From: Candidatus Bathyarchaeota archaeon
GTDB lineage: Archaea > Thermoproteota > Bathyarchaeia > 40CM-2-53-6 > RBG-13-38-9
Direction of reading: 5' to 3'
NCBI GenBank assembly: GCA_963807605.1
Contig: CAWECG010000001.1
Span: forward strand, 320,001-384,000
DNA: 64,000 bases
Part shown: positions 31,737 to 41,994 of the stretch, piece by piece
How positions within the stretch are numbered: position 1 is the first letter of the stretch
Layout of the letters: each line of letters begins with the position of its first letter
The notes under the pieces: generated by a model
Database searches by the model: none
Told to the model about the DNA's origin: nothing
Seen by the model: only the letters and a program-made list of their open reading frames with translations
Made by a program: the position numbers and the translations under genes

Positions 31737-31902
31737 TTCCTGCTCAGTAGGCAATTGCGTTTTCCCTATAGTGATAGATAGCATGGCTAGAATATGTGCT
31801 TTGCCATATCGCTGGTTCGCCATACACACTTAAGTATGCCATACTCAGCTCCCTCTAACCTCTAAAGATAAACAGCTTTCCCCAACATTGGGGAAGGAAT
31901 TG

Positions 31903-32145
31903 TGTGTGCTCACCAAGGGACACCACCACACAGAAAAATGACGGTTCAAATTCGCCTGCTCGCACCAATGAAAACACATACAAGTGCTGAAACGAGAGTT
32001 CAATTTCCAGAGCTCGCACCAGTAGTACCACACACAAAGAAATTGTTAGAACGACGGTTCAAATTCAGGCGCTCGCACCATTGATGCCACACACACCACA
32101 TTTTTCGACCGAACGACGACGGCTCAAGTTCACTCGTCTACACCA
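31903..32145 (+). repeat. Tandem array of four tRNA-3'-end-like 27-bp repeats preceded by a core site
   Basis: Units at 31941, 31995, 32054, 32119: GGTTCAAAT-N12-ACCA, period 54-65 bp. Confidence 0.8.
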
Positions 32146-32201
32146 AAAATAAGACCGCAAGTCTCTTATTCGGAGCTCTCAACTTCATGACCGGTTGATC
32201 T

Positions 32202-32738
32202 GTGACCATGACCAATGTTCTAAATAATGTGGACCTTGACAAGATTGCGCAGACAGTTGCAGGCGGGAAGAAAGACAAAAGCACCCTTAGGAAGCCAGTA
32301 AAACTGCAAGGTGAATGGAACCTAGATCCCGCTAAAGGCTACCAGTTCAAAACCGAGCTGTCATACGAGAAGGGCAAACAGGTTATTGAGATAGATTCTC
32401 CTTCGTTTATGGGAGGATCTGGGAACAGACTCGGTCCAATGGCGTATTGCGTAGCAGGCGAAACGTCGTGTTTCATTGCCACGTTCGCAAGCGTTGCAGC
32501 AGAACAAGGCATTAAACTGACCAAACTGGCAGTCGATGCTCAATGCAGCATCAATTGGGCAAAATCATTCGATGTAGCAGATGAACCAATCAATGAGGGT
32601 ATTAGCTTTCAGATCGACGCGCAGAGTGATAATGCAGACAAAGAGCGACTTCAAGAGATAGTGAAGATGACAATGGAGCGATGTCCAGCAATGTACAGCA
32701 TGACCCATGTGATCAAGGTTGATGCCCGAATCAAGTGA
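32202..32738 (+). CDS. OsmC family protein
   Basis: DSPSFMGG..GP..YC...SC and terminal RCP. Confidence 0.85.
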   Translation: MTMTNVLNNVDLDKIAQTVAGGKKDKSTLRKPVKLQGEWNLDPAKGYQFKTELSYEKGKQVIEIDSPSFMGGSGNRLGPMAYCVAGETSCFIATFASVAAEQGIKLTKLAVDAQCSINWAKSFDVADEPINEGISFQIDAQSDNADKERLQEIVKMTMERCPAMYSMTHVIKVDARIK

Positions 32739-32841
32739 ATGATGTCGTTACTCTGCCACAGATCCCTCCTCTCGTCTTCAGTTTTTTTGGTTCTGTTATT
32801 CCCCACGCGGGTCGAGTGGTGCGCGCACTCACGAAACTATG

Positions 32842-32931
32842 CGGTTCAAGTTGGGTGGGCCGCACCGTTGAGAACACACACAAAATTGTAACCCAGCAGT
32901 TCAAATCCGGATGCTCTCACCAAGATGGCAC
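32842..32931 (+). repeat. Two further tandem tRNA-3'-like units
   Basis: CGGTTCAAGT-tgggtgggccgc-ACCG; AGTTCAAAT-ccggatgctctc-ACCAAGATGGCAC. Confidence 0.7.
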
Positions 32932-33125
32932 TGTAAGCGAAACGCACGGCTTCGGATGTCTTGCGTCCGAACATCACGTTAAGTTTTGAAAGGCCGAAGA
33001 AAAAGGAATCATTCTTGTCGATCAGGGTAAGATCGAGGCGGTCGGGGAGCGCCCCCGACAAGATCGAGCTCACTTCCAATCCGCCGAAACCCGCACCCAG
33101 GACAACCACGCGGAGCCCATCATGA
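32932..33125 (-). pseudogene. N-terminal fragment of FAD-dependent oxidoreductase (sulfide:quinone reductase-like)
   Basis: VVVLGAGFGGL..LTLIDKND.F.FG.SKL; similarity stops at the repeat unit. Confidence 0.75.
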
Positions 33126-33760
33126 TTTATCTCCTTTTCAGGCAAGATTCTCTTAACCGTCAGGTAAGTCTGGGTTATGTTGCAAATAAGGGCTTCCAAT
33201 AGCGGTCGATGGCAGTCACATCCCGCTTAACGAATAGTTCTGTCACCGCCTTTAGTACCAGATCTCTGTTGTTCATTTGGATTTCCTCTAGTTCAACTAT
33301 TCGGCATGTTCCTGCTGGGTCTTACTTTGGCTTGTAGGCGGGTGTGAAGATGGCGTGGGTTGGGTAGATTTCTACTTGGGGGTCCCCTTGGATCCCGATC
33401 TGTTTCATGCCTGACATAAGTCTGGTCTTGACGAAGTCGTCGTCGCTCACCATCTATAGCACACACGCATCCGAATCTTCTATAGACGTGAAACCTGAAA
33501 ATATTTAGAACCAAAGTGGATAATGCTGAGACGCGCGCGCGATGCGAAGAGGGCCTGATACGACGTAAGTGGTGGGACAATGATGCAATATAACGCACGC
33601 TCATAGTCATATCCTAGGTTACGCTAAATTTCGACTAGCACGCGAGTGACAGGATAGACCTGAGAAAGCGGCTGAGGCTCCAGCGCTCACTAAATTTAAA
33701 TCCAGAATAGTTGTATTATAAACACCTGCAACTGTAAGCCGCCTTAGGGGGATCCACAAA

Positions 33761-34120
33761 ATGGATAAAACGAAGCACGAACCCACAGAGAAAAAGCAAC
33801 CAGAAGCTACGCGCTTGGTAATATTCTTGCCGGGAATAGAGAGATCGACTGAGAAAACACTTCGAGTCGCCGCTGTGACCGACGAGGGAAAGATCGATAC
33901 TACCAGAGATGACACCGTGGAACTCTCAATAAACAATGAGGGTCGCATGCGCTTCAAGGACTCATCAAAAAATACGCAACTCAAATTGATTAATGGAGAA
34001 GCAAATGCGACGGTTATATCAGATCAGTCACATGGAGTCTCAATCTTCAAAGCCAGGTGGATAGGTGGGAAGACACCCCTTCAGCCAATACAAGTAACTT
34101 CTATCTATGTTCCTGGATGA
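33761..34120 (+). CDS. Hypothetical protein (beta-rich)
   Basis: ORF bounded by GCGCGCGC sites. Confidence 0.5.
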   Translation: MDKTKHEPTEKKQPEATRLVIFLPGIERSTEKTLRVAAVTDEGKIDTTRDDTVELSINNEGRMRFKDSSKNTQLKLINGEANATVISDQSHGVSIFKARWIGGKTPLQPIQVTSIYVPG

Positions 34121-34662
34121 GTATGTTTTGCAGCGCGCGCTTTACGTAATTTCACATGATCTTACACAAAAAGACACAACTTTACACACATAACCCAAAG
34201 AATTTTTTTTGTATTCAAAATTGTGTGTTTTTATGCGTTTTCACATAAAACTTTCCTTACCAATACTGTGAAATTATGTGTCCAATGTTGTAAAGTTATG
34301 TGGTTTTGCGTATTGTATAGGTGCTGTCTTACTGTGCCATGGTCATTACCGTGGACAACATCGAGAAGACGCTATTAGTGCCATGACTCCCTGTACTGTG
34401 TGAGCGCGCGCGAAATATTTCCAATGTGTATAGAGACCCTAATGATCATGCTAGCTTATCCATAGAATGTGTGCCCTAATGGTTGCCATTCATCATTAGA
34501 AACTGATAGTTAGAGTGATTCACGCCTGAAGATCTGAGGCGAGCTTTAGCGAGCAATATTGTGTGTGCGCACCACTAGACACACCTTCCTTGCCCCAGAA
34601 ACTAATACCTGCCTTACGCTATGGCAACTGTTAGATATCCTTGAACCGCAGAACAGCAGTTT

Positions 34663-35859
34663 ATGAAAACTCGATTTAAAGCGGTTCTAATAATTCTCTT
34701 CATCGTCACAGTACTATCAGCTCCAGTTAAAGCCCAAAACGTAAACCCATTGACTCCGTACGACATACGGGCCGCGTATGATGTGAACCCATTACTTCAA
34801 TCCGGCTACACTGGAAAAGGAGTAACCGTCGCCATTGTTGGCGAGAACATTGATGCAACCTACTATTCAGATGTGAACACGTTCAGCAGCAAATACGGAT
34901 TGCCACCCGCCAACATAAAGGCGGTCCAACCATACGCAGGCACAGGAACCGGTAAGACAGATGAAATAGCAGCGGATACGGAGTTTGTTCACGCAATGGC
35001 TCCTGACGCGAAAATTCTGCTTGTCCTAACTGGATCACAAAGCACTCTTAGGGGATTCTCCTACGTTATAGATCATAATGCTGCTGACATAGCGACGATG
35101 AGTTTTTACTGGTATTACTGGGGTAGTGGCGCTAGGGACACGGTTCAATCCTACAATCACGAATATGCCAACTCGGTTCGCAAGAAGATTACACTGATCT
35201 CCGTATCTGGTGACTTTGGATCTAACAATACTGTTCCTTGGGATCCTTCAGGAACTTGGAAAGGCGACTTCTGGGCGTCGCACCTGCCTAACGCGTATCT
35301 GATGCCTCAGTATAGTCCGTACGTCACGATTGTTGGAGGCACTGCTCTAACCTCACAGTCCAGTAATTATTCAGAAGTGGGGTGGAGTCAAAGCGGTGGA
35401 GGCCCAAGCAATCTATTTGCTGAACCAAGCTGGCAGAAGGGTCCCGGAGTTCCGCAGAACCACAGGCGCAATATTCCAGACATAGCGCTTGACGCATCAT
35501 CTAATACTCCCTATGCGTTCGATTGGAATGCAGATCAAGAGACTGAGTTCTGTGGGACTAGTGCGGCTGCACCAATATTCGCAGGGATTATGGCAGATAT
35601 TGATCAGGCTGCTGGAGGGCGAGTGGGCTTCCTGAATCCGCTACTATACTCGATTGCTTCAACAGACCCATCTGTATACCGTGATGTTACTTCAGGGTGT
35701 AGCTTAGTACAGGTAGGGTCTACCAATCAGACTGGATACTGTGCCCAGCCTGGTTGGGATTTCGTCACTGGCTGGGGAAGTATTGACGCATCTAAACTTG
35801 CGAGGCACCTTGCTCCGCACGCCAATATCTCTTACTTCTTGTCCCCAGTTCTTATCTAA
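34663..35859 (+). CDS. S53 (sedolisin-like) peptidase, secreted, no prodomain
   Basis: E..D (DEIAAD), SGD.G, GTSAAAP, GWDFVTGWG. Confidence 0.88.
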   Translation: MKTRFKAVLIILFIVTVLSAPVKAQNVNPLTPYDIRAAYDVNPLLQSGYTGKGVTVAIVGENIDATYYSDVNTFSSKYGLPPANIKAVQPYAGTGTGKTDEIAADTEFVHAMAPDAKILLVLTGSQSTLRGFSYVIDHNAADIATMSFYWYYWGSGARDTVQSYNHEYANSVRKKITLISVSGDFGSNNTVPWDPSGTWKGDFWASHLPNAYLMPQYSPYVTIVGGTALTSQSSNYSEVGWSQSGGGPSNLFAEPSWQKGPGVPQNHRRNIPDIALDASSNTPYAFDWNADQETEFCGTSAAAPIFAGIMADIDQAAGGRVGFLNPLLYSIASTDPSVYRDVTSGCSLVQVGSTNQTGYCAQPGWDFVTGWGSIDASKLARHLAPHANISYFLSPVLI

Positions 35860-36177
35860 CCACTTACTAAACGGCGCATAGAGTTGCGATTCCTCCTCCA
35901 CAATTCCAAGATCCTTAGCTAGATATTCTTGCGGCGCAGTTGATGCTTGTTTTAGCCATATGCTTCCGCCACGGCCGCGTCCGGTCTCAATTAGATTCGC
36001 CTGTTGTAGTTCGTTTACAACTTCCCAGTAAACTTCTTCAGGCCACTTCTCGTTCATGTCTTCAAGGAGGTCACGCAAATGAATGTTCCCGATGTGACCA
36101 ATCGGCGCAACTTTCCTTAGAAGCTGAAGTAGTACCTCCCCATTCCTAGAGAGTTTCCGCTCTGGCTCCGCTGCCAA
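35830..36177 (-). pseudogene. Winged-helix/restriction-related protein N-terminal fragment
   Basis: GRGRGGSIWL, EESQLYAPF; reading frame then runs antisense into the peptidase gene. Confidence 0.45.
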
Positions 36178-36337
36178 GATGAGTCACCACGCGGTAATAC
36201 AATGCCCCATTTCTTAGGCTTTGCCCCACCGGACTAAAATGGAACTTGCCATGAAATTGAGCATACTCAATTCCACCCGGGAATTCACGGGAGCTCATAG
36301 AAAGTAGATCTCAAATGTCACCTTGGCACATTAGCTG

Positions 36338-37348
36338 TTGGAGGCAGCTAGGATGAGTGTTGGACTAGTTCTGGAGAAATGCATACAAGTGTTCGGATCG
36401 GATGCCTTTGTGGAACATGAGAAGATATTCAGTGAACACCTCGCATATGCGCTTTGGTCTGCTTATCACCAAGGATTGCCCGAACCCTCTCTAGTCCAAA
36501 CTGTTGAGAGTGTAGTTAACCACCTCAACAACCTGACCATTACAAACATCAATCCTCATTTTGAGATATCGACAAAATCAATCTTCATTCATGGAAATAG
36601 GTCTCAGGTGAAATTTGACTACTGCGGAGAGACAATTCAAAGAGAGTTAGGGGATTTGATATTCATTGTGTCGATAATACTTGGTCACCAAAAATTCTTT
36701 GAAAAATTCACTATTAATCAATTCAAAAAAGATAACTCTAGATCAAAAGATATCTCATGGGATATTCGTAACAAAGGTCAGCTTTATTTGCTGTCGAGAT
36801 TTCCTAGATTCTCAGGAGCCACGGGGTCCCTGATTCCCCCTAGGAGATACACACTACGTAATATCTCCGGTTGCCTAGGCTCCTATGGGCTACTTCGCAG
36901 GCCGGGCGACATGGTTTTCACTAGTGCCTCCAAGCTCGATTCGATTATCGGTCTTCGAAATATTGTGAGAATAGGTGAGTTTGGTGGCTTGATCAGTGAG
37001 ACTGAATACCCACCTTGGTACATGCCATATCCATACCCTCACATCTTTCCGAATTACCATTATGCAGCAGATGTCTTCGATTTCTCACATAAACACTTGA
37101 TAATGGGCATAGGGGAGCCAACATTCATGAGACTAGGCAATTACAATTCGCAAGCTAGACACTTCCTTCATGAACTATTATTGGCAACAATAAAGAAGAC
37201 GGCCATAGAGACCGACCTAACAAAAGAATACTTCGACTATGATTATGTGGACAGCAAGGGAGAATATGGTCCCAGAGACAATTCAGAATTTGAGCCCGAA
37301 GGGGGAGATATAGGAATCATTAGTACTCTAATCAAGCTTGGAGAATAG
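36338..37348 (+). CDS. Hypothetical protein, possible PD-(D/E)xK-like nuclease
   Basis: ELGDLIF...INQFKK pattern. Confidence 0.5.
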   Translation: MEAARMSVGLVLEKCIQVFGSDAFVEHEKIFSEHLAYALWSAYHQGLPEPSLVQTVESVVNHLNNLTITNINPHFEISTKSIFIHGNRSQVKFDYCGETIQRELGDLIFIVSIILGHQKFFEKFTINQFKKDNSRSKDISWDIRNKGQLYLLSRFPRFSGATGSLIPPRRYTLRNISGCLGSYGLLRRPGDMVFTSASKLDSIIGLRNIVRIGEFGGLISETEYPPWYMPYPYPHIFPNYHYAADVFDFSHKHLIMGIGEPTFMRLGNYNSQARHFLHELLLATIKKTAIETDLTKEYFDYDYVDSKGEYGPRDNSEFEPEGGDIGIISTLIKLGE

Positions 37349-37514
37349 ATCGGACACATTTGGTTCGATCAGAGCATGAATGATTACCACTAAACATGCC
37401 AGAGTTACGCATACCGAAGAGCTCTAGCAAACGTGTTTAATGAGTAGAAACAGTTTGGAGAATATTTTCGCTCCGTGATAGACAGAGCAATTCTATTATC
37501 TTCCCCTTTAAACA

Positions 37515-37920
37515 GGTCATGTTTTGTATGCTATAGTTTGTTTCCTTTGCGCGATTTGCAGCTGGTTTTGTATTAGTTTTGTTTGTCTTTCTTGGGGGCA
37601 TGTCTTTACTACTGTTTATATTCCGTACAGGATTTTCTACTGGTTTTGTTTTCTTATTGATTGTAATGTTTAGGTAAGCTTGCTAGTGTGTTTTGTATTG
37701 TAGGTTTTCTGTTTGCTGTATATGGGGGTTGGTTATGCTATACCTTGTTTCTTCTTCCTGTGAGCTAGGGTAAACTAAAAACCCTGTAAACTATACATAA
37801 CATAAACCATAGAAACCATAACCCACTAACCTTCCACCTGCCGCAAACTGGCCAAACTGTTGCAGATATGCTCTGGCGGCATAGGGAGCACACTATTATG
37901 GTGGTGCTAACCGGCTAAGG
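37515..37920 (+). repeat. Non-coding skewed element copy A (homologous to 51380-51810)
   Basis: T/G-rich then A/C-rich; shared AAACYATACATAACATAAACCAYAGAAACCA block; ends in a degenerate core site. Confidence 0.75.
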
Positions 37921-37922
37921 TT

Positions 37923-38348
37923 CTATGAGGGTGTTTCAAGTTTCGTTCTTATGCTCTTTGCCAGATCAATTAGGAATTGTCTATCAAAGAAATCCTGCTT
38001 TATTGCTTCGTCTAGGAGTTGCAGCAGAGCGTTCTTTCCTATCATAGGAGCAAATTGACCGTATTTCTCCTTCCCCCCTATCTTCACCCAGTATGGAAAC
38101 CAAAACTCGTTCTTGTCTGAGGACGGGGAAATTTCCCACTCTAGCTGTACGATCGTAGGCATGAACTCAACTTCTCCTGCTTGTTTGCTATGACAGAGCA
38201 CTGGCTGTTTCAGCTTGGCAACCTTCTTGACGCAATAATTACCCCAGTATCTCGCTTTCCTTCTCTGCCCCTCAATTATCACTACAATCACCGCGCAGCT
38301 GATGCGATTCTCGACAGAGAAAAATGTTGTTAGGGGAAGTGTATTCAA
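37923..38348 (-). CDS. Hypothetical protein (start uncertain) between two core sites
   Basis: ORF with FWFPYW..KYGQFAP; stop abuts the core site at 37901-37920. Confidence 0.55.
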   Translation of the reverse strand: MNTLPLTTFFSVENRISCAVIVVIIEGQRRKARYWGNYCVKKVAKLKQPVLCHSKQAGEVEFMPTIVQLEWEISPSSDKNEFWFPYWVKIGGKEKYGQFAPMIGKNALLQLLDEAIKQDFFDRQFLIDLAKSIRTKLETPS

Positions 38349-38352
38349 TCCT

Positions 38353-38451
38353 GCGTGCGTAGCGAGCAGTTATCATTGGTGGTGGTGGGTGGTGTGTCCC
38401 TTGGTGAGAGCATCCGAAATTGAACCGTTAGGCTCTACTTTTAGCGCGCGC
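38353..38451 (-). repeat. Composite site: GCGTGCGTAGCGAGC + (GGT)n + tRNA-like core + GCGCGCGC
   Basis: Closely matches 51732-51806. Confidence 0.8.
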
Positions 38452-38767
38452 TAGAACGCACGCGTCTTCTTGGGATACTCTGGTATTCTCTAGACAATTT
38501 CCTTAACTGTCTTATGAGGCTGCCAACTTTCTTTTTTCTGAGTTTGTCTTTTCCAACTGTTTGTTGGACAATCTCTTGGAGGTTGTATTTGAGGAATTTA
38601 CTTATCGAGAGGGTGGGATTTTGTTCGACAAGTGCGTGGAGAGCGCTGTCAACTATGATGAATTTAGCGTCTTTTTTGAAAAGGGGATGCATGACTGAGT
38701 CGATCATCTTGTTTAGCTGGCCTTTCGAGTAAGTTCTACCTTGTGTTTCGTCAGCCAAGAGCAACAC
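38441..38767 (-). CDS. Hypothetical basic protein ending in a GCGCGCGC junction
   Basis: ORF; C-terminus SSAR* is encoded by the junction. Confidence 0.4.
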   Translation of the reverse strand: MLLLADETQGRTYSKGQLNKMIDSVMHPLFKKDAKFIIVDSALHALVEQNPTLSISKFLKYNLQEIVQQTVGKDKLRKKKVGSLIRQLRKLSREYQSIPRRRVRSSAR

Positions 38768-39326
38768 TATTACCTTGACGTTCCTGGCTCCTTTCTCTGA
38801 TTAAGCCGCCTTATGTCTCATTCTGTCTTGCCATGTCCTGCTATGTTCCACATGTCCCACGTGTCCCAAGTACTTTTTAGATGATTAAAAAAATCTTTTT
38901 ATGTGTAAGAGTCTCCGGTTTTCATCAGATTCTAGTGTCCCACTGTCCTCATTGTCCAGATTGTCCCTGTGAGAGGTTATGCGCGCGCGTACGAAAACTA
39001 ATCTTCAACTTAAGAAAGAAGACGACCACAAATAGGCTAGCTACCGGCAGCTAAATCTAGAATAATGATAGGCGAATGGAGGGGCTTAGTGTGTGCTATT
39101 CTTACAGGCACGCTGAAGGTTTTGTATCCCGGCTGAGCAAGCAAGAAAGACTGCTGCAAGAAGAGAGGAGAGTCTAAGATCTTGCCCAATAGGGAATCTT
39201 TCTAATCGTATGACAGAAAGCGCTAAGTTTTGTCCTAAATTGGCAGAGCGATTTCGATAAAACTGTTAAAAACATTCAAGCCATCCGTTGAGGATCGACC
39301 GGCTGTTTCGATAGGTGGACAAGCTC

Positions 39327-39470
39327 ATGATTGGTGAAAACGTCTGTGTCGAGTGTGGAAAGCGGTTTGTGCCCCTTGCTGAAGGGCAAAGAATCTGCGA
39401 TGAGTGCACTCAAATGGACGATTACATAATGGCCCGAAGCAACAGATGGTGCAAAAACTGTCTGCCGTGA
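39327..39470 (+). CDS. Small zinc-finger protein (47 aa), not in ORF track
   Basis: MIGENVCVECGKRFVPLAEGQRICDECTQMDDYIMARSNRWCKNCLP, three CxxC; AGGTGG RBS. Confidence 0.6.
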   Translation: MIGENVCVECGKRFVPLAEGQRICDECTQMDDYIMARSNRWCKNCLP

Positions 39471-39520
39471 ACCCAGTAACCGGATGAAATAAACGCTAAC
39501 CCCTCATCTCTCTCGCGCGC

Positions 39521-40646
39521 GAGCTTCTTGCAATATTATATTTTCTGTGTTAATTTTGTGAACTGGATTGGTGACCGCATTTTATCGATGTGTCCGTGCT
39601 TGATCGCGGATAAGGCAGTTGCCAGTAGAGCCAGCAGACAGAGAAGTACATGTGATATGACGTTTCTTAGGCCGCGTGTTCGAAGCTGAGACAATCCGAA
39701 GTGTGTCTTGAGTCTTGAGAATGTTCTCTCCACTGAGGATCGACGTTTATACAGTTGTTTCAGACGGGCAGGTCCGTGTGAGCGGAACTTCCGGTCGATT
39801 CGTAGAACCTGTTTGCCCTTCATCTGGTTTCTAGGGTAAGGTATGATTGGTTCTATGCCCATAGATCTTGCCTTGTCTCTGAAAGCTTCGCTGGAGTATT
39901 GTGAGTCTGCAGTCATGCTCTTCCACCTATGTTTCTTCTTCAATGCTTTATGGAGGAGGTGGGGTGCAACTTTTTTCTCATTTACATTTGCAGGTTCTAT
40001 GGTGACTGCCCGCGGCATCTCGCTGATGGTGTCTACAGCAAGGTGTATGCCGTAGCCTAAGATCACGTTTCTACCTTGTTTTCGTAATCTGGCTTCAGAA
40101 TCGGATAATCCACACTGGGTATTGTGAGGATCTCTTCGACTGTAAGCTTTGATGAATGTGACGTCTAACGCTAGGATTTCAGAGTCCAGAATGTCCATGT
40201 GGTCAAGCTGTTTGATCAGACGGTTCATGAGGCGGTGAAATCCTTGAGGGCCTATTCTACGTCGAAACCTCAGAAGTATTGATGGGTGATATGGATTCTC
40301 TGATTCCTTGATGTCGCAGAGTTTGCAGAGTTCACCGTCGCTCCATAGAAGTCGGTATAGTTCCTCGTAGCTTTCTATGTGTCTTAGCCGTTTGACAAGC
40401 TCTGCTTTGAACATTCCAAGTAAATTTCTATGGGGTCTGCCGACGCTGCTTCTTCTTCCATAGCTTCTTTCTAAGACTTGTTCTACAAACGTTAAATCCA
40501 AAGCCTGAAACAGATCATACAGAGCCTTACACTCGCTCACTTCTTTTTCACCAGAAACGGCATGAGTGGGTGTAAAGCTCATCGATCTTATGATCAAAAA
40601 CACGTATACATCTTCATGTTAAGCCCAAGAATATTGCAAGAGGCTA
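39521..40646 (-). mobile_element. IS copy 2 (1126 bp), GCGCGC target duplication
   Basis: Same TIRs; GCGCGC at 39515 and 40647; transposase 39536..40603. Confidence 0.92.
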
Positions 40647-40688
40647 GCGCGCGATTACAGATATTTCATTGTGAAAATTGAATCCGCG

Positions 40689-41147
40689 CTAAACCGTCTC
40701 TTCACCAATTACTCTGGTCATTCCGATTTGTCTTGCTTTTCTTACTACTCGTAAGCGTCTCCACCAGTCACGCAGAAAGGTACCTTGATAATCGTATGCC
40801 TTAGCGCGCGCGTGGTCTATTCCTAGGCCACGGAATTCTGCTCGTAACTTCAGAACCGTGATAACCACCTTGAGGGCCTTGCCTCGAGCAGGCGTACCAA
40901 CCTTCTGCGCCTCATAGTTCATCCAGGCAGCGGTCAGAGCCTGATCAACCTGAAGCAGAACTTCCTCACGGACTGATGGTGTCGCAAGTGCGTGGCGGCG
41001 GGCTCGCTCAGCTTTGACCCAACGCTGGACCGTCTTTTCACTAACACCAAACCTCTCAGCTATCCTCGAGGACATCATCTTGAACAGGGCAAGATCGAAA
41101 GATTCCGCCTGCTTCGCTAGGTCAGTGCCCCACTTTGTTCTGGTCAT
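40689..41147 (-). CDS. HTH protein (phage small-terminase-like), probably chimeric after GCGCGCGCG at 40804
   Basis: IAERFGVSEKTVQRWVK HTH. Confidence 0.55.
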   Translation of the reverse strand: MTRTKWGTDLAKQAESFDLALFKMMSSRIAERFGVSEKTVQRWVKAERARRHALATPSVREEVLLQVDQALTAAWMNYEAQKVGTPARGKALKVVITVLKLRAEFRGLGIDHARAKAYDYQGTFLRDWWRRLRVVRKARQIGMTRVIGEETV

Positions 41148-41355
41148 CTCTGAATTCTACCTTACAGGAGCATGCGGAATCAATTAGCGCTCCGATTCAG
41201 CTTATCGGCGCACGCTTCTACTCCCGATTCTTGGTTCGTCCGCAGATCCGATTATCGCTTAAATGACTCTGGGAGCCGAAAGCCACCAGATCGTCAAAGA
41301 CATCTATATATAAGTAGTATTCTAGTATACCACTTTGTGAAGAAGGCTCACCAGT

Positions 41356-41604
41356 ATGAGCGACAAACCACTATCCGGGATCGCTCTCAGAATCCTCCTA
41401 GTCATAGAGACCGGCGAAAGAACAACCTTCAACCAACTAAGACGAACCCCCAAGCAACCCGACGGCTTCAACCCCCGAACCCTAAGCAAACAACTCAAGG
41501 AACTCGAAAAAAAGAGGGCTCACCCAGAAAACCCCCCGAAAAGTAAGAGGAGGAAAACAATACCACTACTCCCTAACCAAAACAGGACGCAAGTGGCTAG
41601 ATGA
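41356..41604 (+). pseudogene. HxlR-type winged-helix regulator, frameshifted in an A-tract near 41510
   Basis: TFNQLRR...NPRTLSKQLKELEK. Confidence 0.6.
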
Positions 41605-41994
41605 ACCAATCAACATCTCCAGACCTGACTACAGCTCAATAGTAGAGATGATTGCCCGGCAAATGGTCCTGCGCCCAGATATTGAAAGCAAAATGGGGGC
41701 ATGGGACATGATCCGAGACAAAAAACCAGCTCACACTCTGGATCTTACGGTCAAGCTGAAAACACAAGTGAATATCTGGGAAATGAATGCAACCTGGATA
41801 ATGGACGGCAAAGACAATCTGAGGAGAAGCGAGCCTAAAATATCAAAATTGTCGCCATAATCAAAAACATAGCCCGAGCTCCATATCCAGAAATTATTCT
41901 CAGAAAAGGACATAATTACGGCTAGTCATGTCCCCAAAAAGACATCACAGACTGTTCAATGTGTTCAGGAGTCTACACAGAACCAAGCGCTATT

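Noticed and set aside
31903-32145. Canonical CRISPR array or real tRNA genes
   Set aside because: Repeats too degenerate and spacers partly conserved; no D-arm, anticodon arm or 5' acceptor strand upstream of any unit
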